Origin: a virus
Lineage: Duplodnaviria; Heunggongvirae; Uroviricota; Caudoviricetes
Virus record (IMG/VR): IMGVR_UViG_3300042401_001180
Length of the DNA: 64,000 nt
Direction: 5' to 3' (one strand)
The notes beneath the pieces are model-generated. The model was not told where the DNA came from and did not search any database. It was given only the letters and a program-made list of their open reading frames with translations. The translations under genes were made by a program, and so were the position numbers. Below are positions 20,049 to 30,000 of this stretch, in pieces. How positions within the stretch are numbered: the first letter of the stretch is position 1; every line of letters begins with the position of its first letter.

Positions 20049-20537
20049 TTAGTACACTAAAATACATCTATCAGGTCTCATTGTTGCTTTAACAGTGATT
20101 AACCCGTCTTCACTATATCCTAATGAATCAAAATCAACACTAGTTAAGAACACTCCTTGAAGAATCCACTTTTCAACCGCTACCCCCGTTGGGTCCAACA
20201 TTTCTAAGTCAACGTCTTTTTTGTATCCTGCAGCATATCCCATACGTCCCGTTACAGACTCTGCATGTAGACGAACCCACTCCATTAACGCTTGTGACGC
20301 TGAAGGTCCAATAGGATCACGGAAAGTAACATCCATGGACTCCCAATTAAATCGCCCCGCAACATATGTAGAAGTGTTTAAGAATGGTATCTCAACATCT
20401 TTAATTGTAACTTTAGGTCTTGTAGTTGACTCAACATACCAAGAGTTAATCCCCAAAGAAGAAGGGAATGTCAATATAAACCTGTTTTTTCTTTTAGGTT
20501 CGTACTGAAAGGGCATTTTCATTAATAAATCAGCCAT
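20049..20537 (-). CDS. Tail tube protein (T4 gp19-like)
   Basis: EPKRKNRF...WESMDVTFRD...EWVR...YKKDVDLEMLDPTG..VEKWILQGVF.TSVDF.SLGY; size and position next to the sheath gene fit. Confidence 0.9.
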   Translation of the reverse strand: MADLLMKMPFQYEPKRKNRFILTFPSSLGINSWYVESTTRPKVTIKDVEIPFLNTSTYVAGRFNWESMDVTFRDPIGPSASQALMEWVRLHAESVTGRMGYAAGYKKDVDLEMLDPTGVAVEKWILQGVFLTSVDFDSLGYSEDGLITVKATMRPDRCILVY

Positions 20538-20649
20538 GTCTTATTTTTTAATTTGTTTTATTTATTTGATAAATATCTGTTCGTTTATTTTTTTTCTATT
20601 TACTTTTTTTTGGTTTAAAATTATCCTTATACTAGACCGGACTTAATTA

Positions 20650-21525
20650 TTAAACTTCTTTTTTTTCTCCTCCTTTAGTTAAATACATTCTTACTGGTTT
20701 TTTTTCATATTCTTTTTCTATAAAATCTTTCATTTTATCAATATTTCTAGGATCATCATCTGAAAAACCAATAAAGGGAATAATTTCGTCATTTATAATA
20801 TCATTTTTAAAGAAACTTTTTTTACCTATTTCTTGAGCCATCTGTTTACAATATGAAATAAATTTCCTCATCGCAATGATTTTACCCTCTTCAGGGTTAG
20901 CTGCACTACCTTCACCGAAGGTTACAGGTTCAAACTTACATAAGTCTAAATACTCAGTAATAATAGTCTTATCGTCAAAGTTTATATTATAAGATTCATC
21001 TATTGGGTTTTCTGCCCAATTCCTATATTGTTTTAAAGATTCAACAACTTTTTTACTATCAATTCCATTATGATTAGAAAGAATATAATTTAATGTTGCT
21101 TCTTTTAATGTTTCAGGATTATGTCCTCTCGCAGTAATAATCGCAAAAATAGAACCACCATTAAGACACTCCACAAAATCATTCCACGACGGTCCAGGAC
21201 TTGCTGACATGGTATCAATAATAAATCTCTTATCTCCTTTAACTCCAAAGTTTCTAAATGGGTCAGGAGCATAATCAATTACAGTTGTTCCCTTGTATGA
21301 AAATGGTTCTTTTCCTATTTGGTGTCTATGTTCGGCAAAATCTTCAGTGGACATACCAACCTCCTCGTCATTTTTTGTCATCACAATAATATGTGTTGGC
21401 ATAAAAACAATATTATCATCCCAATCAAACGCGTAGTATTTACAATCAGGGGTTCCTTCTGATGTGACACCCTCATTTAAACTTTTACGTTTTAAGTAAT
21501 TAAATACATGTCTTTTAACGTTCAT
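20650..21525 (-). CDS. HAD-superfamily phosphatase-like protein
   Basis: Motif I YAFDWDDN, motif II IITARGH, conserved K (EEGK), motif IV FSDDD. Confidence 0.7.
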   Translation of the reverse strand: MNVKRHVFNYLKRKSLNEGVTSEGTPDCKYYAFDWDDNIVFMPTHIIVMTKNDEEVGMSTEDFAEHRHQIGKEPFSYKGTTVIDYAPDPFRNFGVKGDKRFIIDTMSASPGPSWNDFVECLNGGSIFAIITARGHNPETLKEATLNYILSNHNGIDSKKVVESLKQYRNWAENPIDESYNINFDDKTIITEYLDLCKFEPVTFGEGSAANPEEGKIIAMRKFISYCKQMAQEIGKKSFFKNDIINDEIIPFIGFSDDDPRNIDKMKDFIEKEYEKKPVRMYLTKGGEKKEV

Positions 21526-21662
21526 TACTTTTGAAGCTTTAATAATAATTTTTCTAATTGAGATTCAGTTAGAATGATGTTTTGTTTTTTTTGAGAAAAC
21601 GTTTTAGGACTCACTTGTTTATCACCTAAAGACTCCTTAATTAATTTTTTTTCAATTTTCAT
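21525..21662 (-). CDS. Small 45-aa protein missing from the ORF track
   Basis: Manual translation MKIEKKLIKESLGDKQVSPKTFSQKKQNIILTESQLEKLLLKLQK. Its TAA overlaps the next ATG (TAATG), and it shares the I.LTES motif with 26864..27358. Confidence 0.75.
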   Translation of the reverse strand: MKIEKKLIKESLGDKQVSPKTFSQKKQNIILTESQLEKLLLKLQK

Positions 21663-21722
21663 ATTCTTTTTATTATGATATATATGGGGGAATATTTCTA
21701 AACCCCCAATTTATTTTTTTAT

Positions 21723-24700
21723 TTATACGTCATCAAAAGACGCTCCCGTAGGTGTGATAACAAACTCAATATCAATGTATTCTAACGCTCTAGTCGGTTT
21801 TAAGAAAATCTTACCTGTTAAAGTGTTTGAATCTAAATCTTCAGGAGTATTTGAAACCGATACACGGAAATCAATTAAACCTCTATCTCTTCTAATTGAA
21901 TCCAATATTGGGTTAACAGAATCTAAAAAGTCTTGTCTCACCTTTTGATCGTTTTGTTCAAACAATAATCTAATTGCTACTGCTGAAATCAATTTACGAG
22001 CTTGTAATAACAACCTTCTAACGTTGATTCTATCAAGAGCGGATTCTTTAATTTGCATTGTTTTGTTACCCCAAATTACTGTACCCACATCAGAGAAAGT
22101 AGCAATTGGATTAATTCTACCTTTATATAACGTATCCCTATCGTCTTGTGTTAACTTACGTCTCGCTCTAATTGCGTTAACTAAACCTCTTGTGTAACCT
22201 GCAGATGCGAACCAAGGGAACGCAATGTTATCGGTTAATGCTAAATTCTTAACAACTTCTGATGTTGGTGGAATATAGATTTGTGTATTGTTAACGGCAT
22301 CTCTTGTTAAAATCCAAGGGTAGTATGATGCGGTATAGTTAGAATCAATACCCGTTGCTTCTAAGTTATCAACTACTCGTTGTGGATAAATAAGTCCCTC
22401 TTCAATATCGTTGTATGACGGTAAGTATAAATCAAAATCAGGTGTTGTACAGATATAAATTGAATCCGCTCTATCCGTTTCAATCATATCAATAGCCTCC
22501 TCAACCAAATTTGAGTTGTTCACATAGTCAATTCCTGGTGTAGTAAATATGTTAATATTTGTTGCTTCAGGATTTGCAAATGTGTTTTGTCCCCATTTAT
22601 ATGCGTAATAGTCAGTATTAGCCCAATTTTCTTGGTTAGGTCCTGATATTGCTTTGAATGCTCCCCATCCTGTTGCGGTTGGGTATGTAATACTTGGTTC
22701 AGCACCATATTTAAAACCTGATTGTCCTAACGCATATTGATCTTCGTTTGTTCTATATTCTCTATATATGTCCCATCCATCAAATCCCCCGTAAGCCATT
22801 AAAGTAAACTTACGAGTGTTTAATCTATAGTAAGGACTAGACGTATCTGTTGGTTCAGAATTAAATGACCCAACACCAACCTCAAACGCTGATTGTCCTG
22901 ATGTTGCGTAACCATTAGCGATTGTTACTACAGTCGCTCCACTATCCATGTGGAATCCTTTAGTGATATATCCCCAATCCATACCAGTAGTATCGGTACC
23001 TAAATTAGCAGGTTTTTGTTTACCCTTATACTCAAAGAAATCATAATCAATTCCTGAAATGTTTGATATACCTAAATATGCCTTTCTTGGGTTTTCACCA
23101 CTTGATATTACAGGGTTGTCTCCACCATTAGAAGAACCAAAAGGAGGGTTATAAACAACGTCACCAGGTTTGAAATATTTAGTTTTATAAACTAAGTATG
23201 GTGGAGTTGCGTTAGCGTACTCTCTACTAATATACCCCTCAAATCCACAAGGAAGAGCATCTATTGGTGCTTCCTCACTCATTTCTAACATTATATATTT
23301 AGAATTAACTTTGTATTCTCCGTTTGATGTACCTATTTTATTAGCCACATAATTGTTTTGTGAAGGATCTAATGAACAATTAGTGAAACTTTCAATAACT
23401 CTTGGGTTTTGATCGGTATCATAAAAATCTCTTATGAACACATCAAAAGTACTTGAGTTAAAGGATATATTACCTATCGACATCTTTACAAGTCTGTTTG
23501 CTGCGTTTCCATCGGAAATTAAAACAAATTTAAATAACTTGTAAACTTTATTACCTCTAAGTTCTGAAACCAAAAACGGAGTTGCTGGTGTTTGATACTG
23601 CTCTAAATAGAATCCTATTGTATCGTCATCTAAAGATCTTGCTCCCGGCAAATCAACCAAATCACAATATAATCCTCTAACTTTTCCTGCTCTGTAACCC
23701 GTTGTTAAAAGACTTGTATATGTCTCCTCAACAAATAAAGGAACCTGAGTCCTATCTTTACCGAAGTTACTTCTTCCAAATACTTTAGAAATAAAGTTTT
23801 TGTCTGAAGACAACATTGATGTTTGAAATTCAAACACGTCACCGTCGGACGATACTCCTGAAATTGAGAATGGTAAATAAGGGTTTTTAGTCACCGCAGA
23901 ATATGAACCAGTACAAATCATTTGTACGTCCGTAACACCTGTTACTTCATAAGCGGGTCCTGACTGAGTTGAGTTATAATTAGAAATACCTCTTGATCTT
24001 AATGTTGCAACGACTAAATCATCGTAATCTAAGAATGGTGTACCTGAATAATTAGTATTATAGAAAACACAAGAACCTGAGAAGTTACCACTTGAACCTG
24101 TTAACGTACTTAGTGCTGTCCCAAAACCTTGTCCATTATATGAACTAATATCAGTAGTTGGGTTTTGTGAATAATTAAATAATGCGTAGTACCAAGCATC
24201 ATTAGTTGTTGCTGATAAATTAGCTAAAGATAAATTTACATTATTTACACCAAAAGATTCTGTGTATGCTGTAATTGTACCAGTACCATTTAATGTTGTA
24301 CCTGTAACTAAATTGAAGGTACCTCCACTTACTGTCCCCCAAAATAGTGCGGTAGAACCTGTGGATGGTAAAGCATTTGCAAATGCATTAACTTGATTTG
24401 ATATAAATACTCTTAAATCAGAATCAATAGTAGAAGTTCCTCCATTAAATTCTGTATATGTATTGTAAAAATTATTATTAACATTGATTGTACTTGGTAC
24501 TGTCATGTTGTAAATAATATTATCACTTGTACCTGTAGTCCCTGTAAATGTTAAAGTAGTTGAAGTAACTCCCGTTGCCGCAACTGTGGAAGGGTTAACG
24601 TTACCTATTGTTGTGATTGACCAAGATGGTCCTGCGTCGTATCCTGATAATCCTAATACTCTTGTTACAAAAAGTTGATTTGATTGTTGTAGGTATGACT

Positions 24701-24944
24701 TAGTAATATATGCTAATTCATATTTAGGTATTTGAGTGTTAACGAATTTTTCAGGACTTGTTCCACCAAAGTATACTTGGAACTCGTCAAAGTTCGTAAT
24801 AAATATTGGTTCAAAAGCTGGACCCTGAAGAGTTTCACCAACTATACCTAAAGTTGTTACACCTACACTTTGTGCAACAAAAGTTAAATCTCTTTCTGAA
24901 GTATAGACTCCAGGTGAAACGAAAACTTTGTTTGATGATGCCAT
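21723..24944 (-). CDS. Contractile tail sheath protein (gp18-like)
   Basis: FVSPGVYTSE N-terminus; PWFASAGYTRG, LYKGRINPI, WGNKT, RINVRRLL, FEQND, PTRALEYI. Confidence 0.95.
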   Translation of the reverse strand: MASSNKVFVSPGVYTSERDLTFVAQSVGVTTLGIVGETLQGPAFEPIFITNFDEFQVYFGGTSPEKFVNTQIPKYELAYITKSYLQQSNQLFVTRVLGLSGYDAGPSWSITTIGNVNPSTVAATGVTSTTLTFTGTTGTSDNIIYNMTVPSTINVNNNFYNTYTEFNGGTSTIDSDLRVFISNQVNAFANALPSTGSTALFWGTVSGGTFNLVTGTTLNGTGTITAYTESFGVNNVNLSLANLSATTNDAWYYALFNYSQNPTTDISSYNGQGFGTALSTLTGSSGNFSGSCVFYNTNYSGTPFLDYDDLVVATLRSRGISNYNSTQSGPAYEVTGVTDVQMICTGSYSAVTKNPYLPFSISGVSSDGDVFEFQTSMLSSDKNFISKVFGRSNFGKDRTQVPLFVEETYTSLLTTGYRAGKVRGLYCDLVDLPGARSLDDDTIGFYLEQYQTPATPFLVSELRGNKVYKLFKFVLISDGNAANRLVKMSIGNISFNSSTFDVFIRDFYDTDQNPRVIESFTNCSLDPSQNNYVANKIGTSNGEYKVNSKYIMLEMSEEAPIDALPCGFEGYISREYANATPPYLVYKTKYFKPGDVVYNPPFGSSNGGDNPVISSGENPRKAYLGISNISGIDYDFFEYKGKQKPANLGTDTTGMDWGYITKGFHMDSGATVVTIANGYATSGQSAFEVGVGSFNSEPTDTSSPYYRLNTRKFTLMAYGGFDGWDIYREYRTNEDQYALGQSGFKYGAEPSITYPTATGWGAFKAISGPNQENWANTDYYAYKWGQNTFANPEATNINIFTTPGIDYVNNSNLVEEAIDMIETDRADSIYICTTPDFDLYLPSYNDIEEGLIYPQRVVDNLEATGIDSNYTASYYPWILTRDAVNNTQIYIPPTSEVVKNLALTDNIAFPWFASAGYTRGLVNAIRARRKLTQDDRDTLYKGRINPIATFSDVGTVIWGNKTMQIKESALDRINVRRLLLQARKLISAVAIRLLFEQNDQKVRQDFLDSVNPILDSIRRDRGLIDFRVSVSNTPEDLDSNTLTGKIFLKPTRALEYIDIEFVITPTGASFDDV

Positions 24945-25082
24945 TTTTTTCTGTTTTATTAATCGTTTTATTTTTTTATATAAATACCCCGAAAAAAACC
25001 AAAAAACTTTACATTTAAATAATATTTATTATATGGTGAGAAAAAATTCTGCCTTTTTTCTACCCACAACAAAAAGAAAAAA

Positions 25083-25232
25083 ATGAAAAAGATAAAAAAC
25101 ATTAAAATATCGATTGAGGTACATCAAACCCTAAAAAACTATTGTGACGACAATGATTTAAAAATGTATAAGTTTTTAGAATCACTAATTAAAAAGAATT
25201 GTGAGAAAAAAAAAGATATATACGGGGAGTGA
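25083..25232 (+). CDS. Small ribbon-helix-helix-like DNA-binding protein, missing from the ORF track
   Basis: Manual translation MKKIKNIKISIEVHQTLKNYCDDNDLKMYKFLESLIKKNCEKKKDIYGE (49 aa): an alternating KNIKI beta-strand followed by two helices. Confidence 0.65.
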   Translation: MKKIKNIKISIEVHQTLKNYCDDNDLKMYKFLESLIKKNCEKKKDIYGE

Positions 25233-26273
25233 TTAGACTAAGTACGAGGTGGCGTTAATATTGGATTTTTGTGAATTATCTATCTTAACTACAATAATTT
25301 TTAAAACGTCTTCGTCATTAATTTGGATTAAGTCTAAATCATCACCAACATAGTTGTTATTAATATAAACAGAATATGACGAAATATTATTTGTTGATTC
25401 TATTTTAATATCCACACGGTACCTAAACACCTCACTTAATTGTGTCACACCACTTAAAAAATTAATATCTAAATCAAAAAAATTAGGTTTAGGTGGTTCA
25501 ATTGTTACTCTTCTACTTTTAACTTTTGTGTCAACCTCAAACATAGTTACTTGTCTTGTGATTGCTGGAGAAATTTGAAACTCCTCCTCGTCAATTAAAA
25601 GTCCCTTCATTGTGAACTTATAATTTGCAATATAGTATTTTCTTTTTTCTAAATCTTTTGCCGATTCATCGGAAACATCATCCAACACAATTGGGATGTA
25701 ATGTCCCTTTATTTGTTGATATGCCTGTTTAGATGTGAATGTTTGCATTACAATTTTATTAAACTCATTGAGCTCCCTCATTCTATTACAGAATATTTTT
25801 ACATTATAAGTAATATCTACAGGTATTGGTTGTGGTATTTTATAAACGTCAGCCCCCTTTCTTTGCCCGTCCCAAGTGGGTACCGTGTAATAAAAAAATT
25901 GTCGTCTATTTGGTATGTTTGCTGCTCCTCCTTGAAATGTTCCATATTTTACTTCCGGCATCCTAACCGTAGCAATAAATGGTAATGAAACGTTATTATC
26001 TAAATCTTGAAAATTCCAAGTTTCAGTAAACTGAGACCAGTTTTGGTTTGTTATTATTTTATTAATTGTTGGTACTTTTTTTTCACTTACAACTAACTGT
26101 AATCTGTCCTTAACAAAATCTAACATTCCTAAATCTAAATCTGCGTGTAGAACCCCTTTAGGTAAAAAAGTGCCGTCATTGGTTATGTCGTCTAACATTT
26201 CCTGTCTTCTTTCCCTACCAACTTTTTCAGGTATTAAAGGTAAATGTTTTTTTATTTTTTTAGGTAATGCCAT
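25233..26273 (-). CDS. Tail completion / sheath terminator protein (gp15-like)
   Basis: LPFIATVR and PQPIPVDITYNVKIF motifs; position upstream of the sheath gene. Confidence 0.65.
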   Translation of the reverse strand: MALPKKIKKHLPLIPEKVGRERRQEMLDDITNDGTFLPKGVLHADLDLGMLDFVKDRLQLVVSEKKVPTINKIITNQNWSQFTETWNFQDLDNNVSLPFIATVRMPEVKYGTFQGGAANIPNRRQFFYYTVPTWDGQRKGADVYKIPQPIPVDITYNVKIFCNRMRELNEFNKIVMQTFTSKQAYQQIKGHYIPIVLDDVSDESAKDLEKRKYYIANYKFTMKGLLIDEEEFQISPAITRQVTMFEVDTKVKSRRVTIEPPKPNFFDLDINFLSGVTQLSEVFRYRVDIKIESTNNISSYSVYINNNYVGDDLDLIQINDEDVLKIIVVKIDNSQKSNINATSYLV

Positions 26274-26275
26274 TA

Positions 26276-26791
26276 TTATAATCCATTAAATTCGTTATTA
26301 TTTACTGGAGCCCCAATTATTGATCGATAAAATGGTTTGTACCCTCCATAGGTGTGTTTATTATCCGAAACGACACGACCATCGTTAACTATCGAATAAT
26401 ACCTTACTTTTGATTCAGTTTCATAATACCCAATGTAATCACCATAAGTTATTTCTATTTCTAAGTTATCCAACTCTTTTTGGTAAACACCTATCTTAAT
26501 ATTACCTGGTTCCGTTTGTGATAATTTAGATGACCCGTAATCTGCATTTGTAGGAGTCTCAATTTGAACATAACCCCTAAATTCAACAGGAGGTAAATAT
26601 TGTATTGAATCTTCTAACGCCTCACCATAAACATCGTCATTATTGGTTCTTTGTCTATCAACCCTATAAAGGACTAAAGTAAAATTCATATCCCCAACAA
26701 GCCACTCTTCACCCATTGATATGTCTAAGTCAAAATCTTGTTCAGAAAAAAACTTGTTTAACCTAGTAACCGGTACCCTATTCTGTGCCAT
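26276..26791 (-). CDS. Neck / head-closure protein (gp14-like)
   Basis: LYRVD...DDVYGE...PVEF and GDYIGY pattern; adjacent to the tail completion gene. Confidence 0.6.
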   Translation of the reverse strand: MAQNRVPVTRLNKFFSEQDFDLDISMGEEWLVGDMNFTLVLYRVDRQRTNNDDVYGEALEDSIQYLPPVEFRGYVQIETPTNADYGSSKLSQTEPGNIKIGVYQKELDNLEIEITYGDYIGYYETESKVRYYSIVNDGRVVSDNKHTYGGYKPFYRSIIGAPVNNNEFNGL

Positions 26792-26813
26792 ATAATATAA
26801 ATATCACAAAAAC

Positions 26814-26842
26814 AAAAAACCCCTCTTTATGGAGGGGGTTTT
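26814..26842 (-). terminator. Rho-independent terminator, possibly bidirectional
   Basis: CCCCTC-tttatg-GAGGGG hairpin flanked by an A-run on one side and a T-run on the other. Confidence 0.7.
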
Positions 26843-26863
26843 ATAAATAAGATTATTTTTTTA

Positions 26864-27358
26864 TTAAAATTTTGATCGATAATCGTTGTCTAGATTTCTT
26901 TTTAATTCTATTGATCTGTTTACACCTGATTTATATTCAGAACTTTTCCTAAAATTTTTTGGATTTGCAGAGTTTTTTTCTCTGTCAAAAAGACTTTTTG
27001 TAGTATCATAATATTCATCATTGTACGAATCAACATCAAAATCTTCAGGTCTATTCGAAACAACATCAGAATATCTATCTTCTTCTTTTTTTCTATTAAC
27101 ACTAGCTAATTTTGAACGTAATTCTTGGTATCTTGGATTAGAATCTCTTTTATTATTAAATGCTTTAACATCCGAACTAAAGCTATCAGTGTCATAGTTG
27201 TGTGTTTCAGAATCTCCATAATCACGTAAATTTGGGTGACCTTTAAATTTAAGATCTTCATATTCCATTTCTTCCTCGTCTGACCATTCATTTTCTCTAA
27301 TCACTCGTCTTACAATTCTTGTAATATCTGATTCAGTTAATCTAATAATTCTTTTCAT
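26864..27358 (-). CDS. Hypothetical charged protein with an MKRIIRLTESD leader (candidate internal head protein)
   Basis: 164 aa, D/E/R/K-rich; TATTTAT motif upstream at 27401-27407. Confidence 0.65.
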   Translation of the reverse strand: MKRIIRLTESDITRIVRRVIRENEWSDEEEMEYEDLKFKGHPNLRDYGDSETHNYDTDSFSSDVKAFNNKRDSNPRYQELRSKLASVNRKKEEDRYSDVVSNRPEDFDVDSYNDEYYDTTKSLFDREKNSANPKNFRKSSEYKSGVNRSIELKRNLDNDYRSKF

Positions 27359-27424
27359 AATTTTTAATTATTTGTTTATTAATTTTATTTTTCTTTTCAT
27401 ATAAATATATCGTTAAAAAAAAAA

Positions 27425-27455
27425 GTTGATTTTTTTACATTATTTACTATTTTTA
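27425..27455 (+). promoter_or_regulatory. Putative host-RNAP promoter of the helicase gene
   Basis: GTTG-N19-TATTTTTA, the same spacing as the SSB promoter. Confidence 0.4.
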
Positions 27456-27466
27456 TATATAATATA

Positions 27467-29233
27467 ATGGAAGAATTAATTTCAAAGACACCCGAAACAA
27501 GGGCTCTTCAACTATTAGACGAATATGAAGGGTCGAATAACTATATCTTGGCGTTAAAACACAAAAAACAAAATAGTAAATCATTTACACCAACAAGGTC
27601 TCAGGCAGAGTATATAATTAACTTTCATGGACGAACACCAAAAGTTGCAAAAAAATGGGTTAAGTTAGACACATATTTTGGTAAAAAGATGATGGAAGAT
27701 AAGATGTACACAAAAGAACCAACAGAAATATACGTTGAAAAACTTTTGGTTGAGAAGGATAAATCTTACCATATATGGGGTAAGGTGTTCAGTGGTGAAA
27801 CTATTCACGATTTTTGGTTACCAAAATCTGCAATTATTAAAGACAATGAAGTTAAAAATGTTGTTGTAGATTATACGAAATACGAACACAGACTTCCAAT
27901 GGAACACCAAAAAGAAGCAATTACTAAGTTAGTTGGTAACAAAAAATTCATATTGGCTGATGATATGGGATTGGGTAAGACTACCAGTACAATTATCGCC
28001 GCTCTTGAAACAGGTGCAAAAAAAATATTAGTAGTTTGTCCCGCATCTTTAAAAATTAATTGGCAACGTGAAATTGAAAATTATTCAGATAGAACCATAT
28101 ATATTGCAGAAGGTAAGAAATTTTCAAATGAACATGATTTTGTTATAATAAATTACGACATATTAAAAAACTTCCATGATCCAAAAAAGGGTGACGAATC
28201 AACAATTTTAAATGCAAAGTTTGATTTAGTAATTATGGATGAAGCACATATGATATCTAATCCGCAGGCTCAAAGAACAAAAATAGTTAATGATATTTGT
28301 GATAAGGTTGAAAGGGTTTGGTTATTAACAGGAACCCCGATGACATCACGACCAATGAATTACTATAATCTTTTAAGTTTAGTTGAGAGTCCTGTGGCAT
28401 CTAATTGGATGGCTTATGCGAGAAGGTACTGTAATGGGTTTCAGTTTAGTGTAGGAAAAAGAAAAGTATGGAATGTTACTGGAGCATCTAACTTAGATGA
28501 GTTAAGAGAAAGAACGCAATCTCATATTTTACGAAGATTAAAAGATGAGGTTTTAGATTTACCCGATAAAATTATTACTCCCGTTTATTTGAGATTGAAA
28601 TCTAAAGACTATGAAGAACTCATGGGTGAATACTATGATTGGTACGATAAAAACCCTGATGAATCAGGATCATTGACAATTCAATTTGGTAAATTGATGA
28701 AAGTTAGAAAGATTATTGCCGAAGAGAAAGTTAAAAACACTATTGAATTAGCTGAAAATATAATTGAACAAGGAAAAAAAGTTATCATATTTACTAATTT
28801 TACAGATACCTTACGAACCATTTATAATCATTTTGGAAAATCTGCCGTTTATTTAGATGGTTCTTGTTCAAAACCTCATCGACAAAAATCTGTGGACGAC
28901 TTTCAAGAAAATGACAAAATTAAAGTCTTTGTTGGTAACTTAAAGGCGGCAGGGGTTGGTATTACTTTAACTTCTGCAGAAGCGGTAATAATGAATGACT
29001 TATCATTTGTTCCTGCAGAACATGCACAAGCAGAAGACAGATCACATAGAATCGGACAAAAAAACTCAACCTCTGTTTATTACCCGTTATTTGAAAACAC
29101 TATAGAGGGGGCAATCTATGACATCTTAAATAGAAAGAAAAAAATCATATCAACCGTCATGGGAGACGACTTGATGATTGATGATGCATCATCAATAGAA
29201 GAAATGTTAAAAATGATTTCTAAAGATAGGTGA
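27467..29233 (+). CDS. SNF2-family (SF2) helicase / annealing-helicase-like ATPase
   Basis: LADDMGLGKT, VVCPASLKINW, DEAH, LTGTP, GVGITLT, QAEDRSHRIGQ. Confidence 0.92.
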   Translation: MEELISKTPETRALQLLDEYEGSNNYILALKHKKQNSKSFTPTRSQAEYIINFHGRTPKVAKKWVKLDTYFGKKMMEDKMYTKEPTEIYVEKLLVEKDKSYHIWGKVFSGETIHDFWLPKSAIIKDNEVKNVVVDYTKYEHRLPMEHQKEAITKLVGNKKFILADDMGLGKTTSTIIAALETGAKKILVVCPASLKINWQREIENYSDRTIYIAEGKKFSNEHDFVIINYDILKNFHDPKKGDESTILNAKFDLVIMDEAHMISNPQAQRTKIVNDICDKVERVWLLTGTPMTSRPMNYYNLLSLVESPVASNWMAYARRYCNGFQFSVGKRKVWNVTGASNLDELRERTQSHILRRLKDEVLDLPDKIITPVYLRLKSKDYEELMGEYYDWYDKNPDESGSLTIQFGKLMKVRKIIAEEKVKNTIELAENIIEQGKKVIIFTNFTDTLRTIYNHFGKSAVYLDGSCSKPHRQKSVDDFQENDKIKVFVGNLKAAGVGITLTSAEAVIMNDLSFVPAEHAQAEDRSHRIGQKNSTSVYYPLFENTIEGAIYDILNRKKKIISTVMGDDLMIDDASSIEEMLKMISKDR

Positions 29234-29244
29234 TATTTATCAAT

Positions 29245-29955
29245 ATGATATTTGATAAAATAAATAAAAAAATAAATCTATTAGAGTCTGAAATCTTATT
29301 GGAGTCCCCATTTAATCGTAAAATTATTTCGGAAATAAAAAAAATAAGCATAGAAAAATTACCCTATGATTATGATTCTTTAAGTACATTCATAGATGAC
29401 GAGACTATGAAAACCCACTACACTAAACACTATAAGGGGTATGTTGAAAAATTAAATCTTGAGTTAGAGAAAGTATCAGGTAAAGATATGGACATAGAAG
29501 AAATAATAAAAAAAATATCAAGATTTAATAAAAAAGTTAAAAACAATGGGGGTGGTGCGTTTAATCATGCATTATTTTGGAAAATGTTAACACCTAAAAA
29601 AACAACCCTTAAAAATCCATTATTGTTTAAGATTGAAAAAACTTTCGATTCTTTCGAGTTATTTAAATATAAGTTTGAAGAGGTTGCAAAAACTAGATTT
29701 GGTTCAGGTTGGGTATGGTTAATATTAACTAAAAATAATACATTAAAAATTGTAACAACACCAAACCAAGATAACCCATTAATGGATACTGAAAAAAATG
29801 GGGGTTACCCGTTACTTGGTTTAGATATATGGGAACACGCATATTATTTAAAATATAAAAACGAAAGAGATAAGTATATTCATAACTTTTGGAAAGTTGT
29901 AAATTGGGATTTTGTTTGTGATGTATATGTATCGCAAACAAAAAAGAAGTCTTAA
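29245..29955 (+). CDS. sodA: Mn/Fe superoxide dismutase with an N-terminal extension
   Basis: LPYDY, HYTKH, NGGGAFNHALFW, FGSGWVWL, NQDNP, DIWEHAYY: all four metal ligands present. GGG plus NQD suggests Mn-type. ATG at 29245 preferred over GTG at 29230. Confidence 0.9.
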   Translation: MIFDKINKKINLLESEILLESPFNRKIISEIKKISIEKLPYDYDSLSTFIDDETMKTHYTKHYKGYVEKLNLELEKVSGKDMDIEEIIKKISRFNKKVKNNGGGAFNHALFWKMLTPKKTTLKNPLLFKIEKTFDSFELFKYKFEEVAKTRFGSGWVWLILTKNNTLKIVTTPNQDNPLMDTEKNGGYPLLGLDIWEHAYYLKYKNERDKYIHNFWKVVNWDFVCDVYVSQTKKKS

Positions 29956-30000
29956 TAATTGTATTTTTAAATACAAAGATATTTATATAATAAAACATCT

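Noticed and set aside
21685-21708. TGGGGG...CCCCCA hairpin as a terminator after the sheath gene
   Set aside because: Short stem, 12-nt loop and no U-tract on the minus strand; it may be a pause or processing site but is unsupported.
3176-26791. Chromosomal contractile injection system or tailocin
   Set aside because: Linked to neck proteins, PolB, a gp32-like SSB and a gp55-like sigma, with no cellular housekeeping genes.
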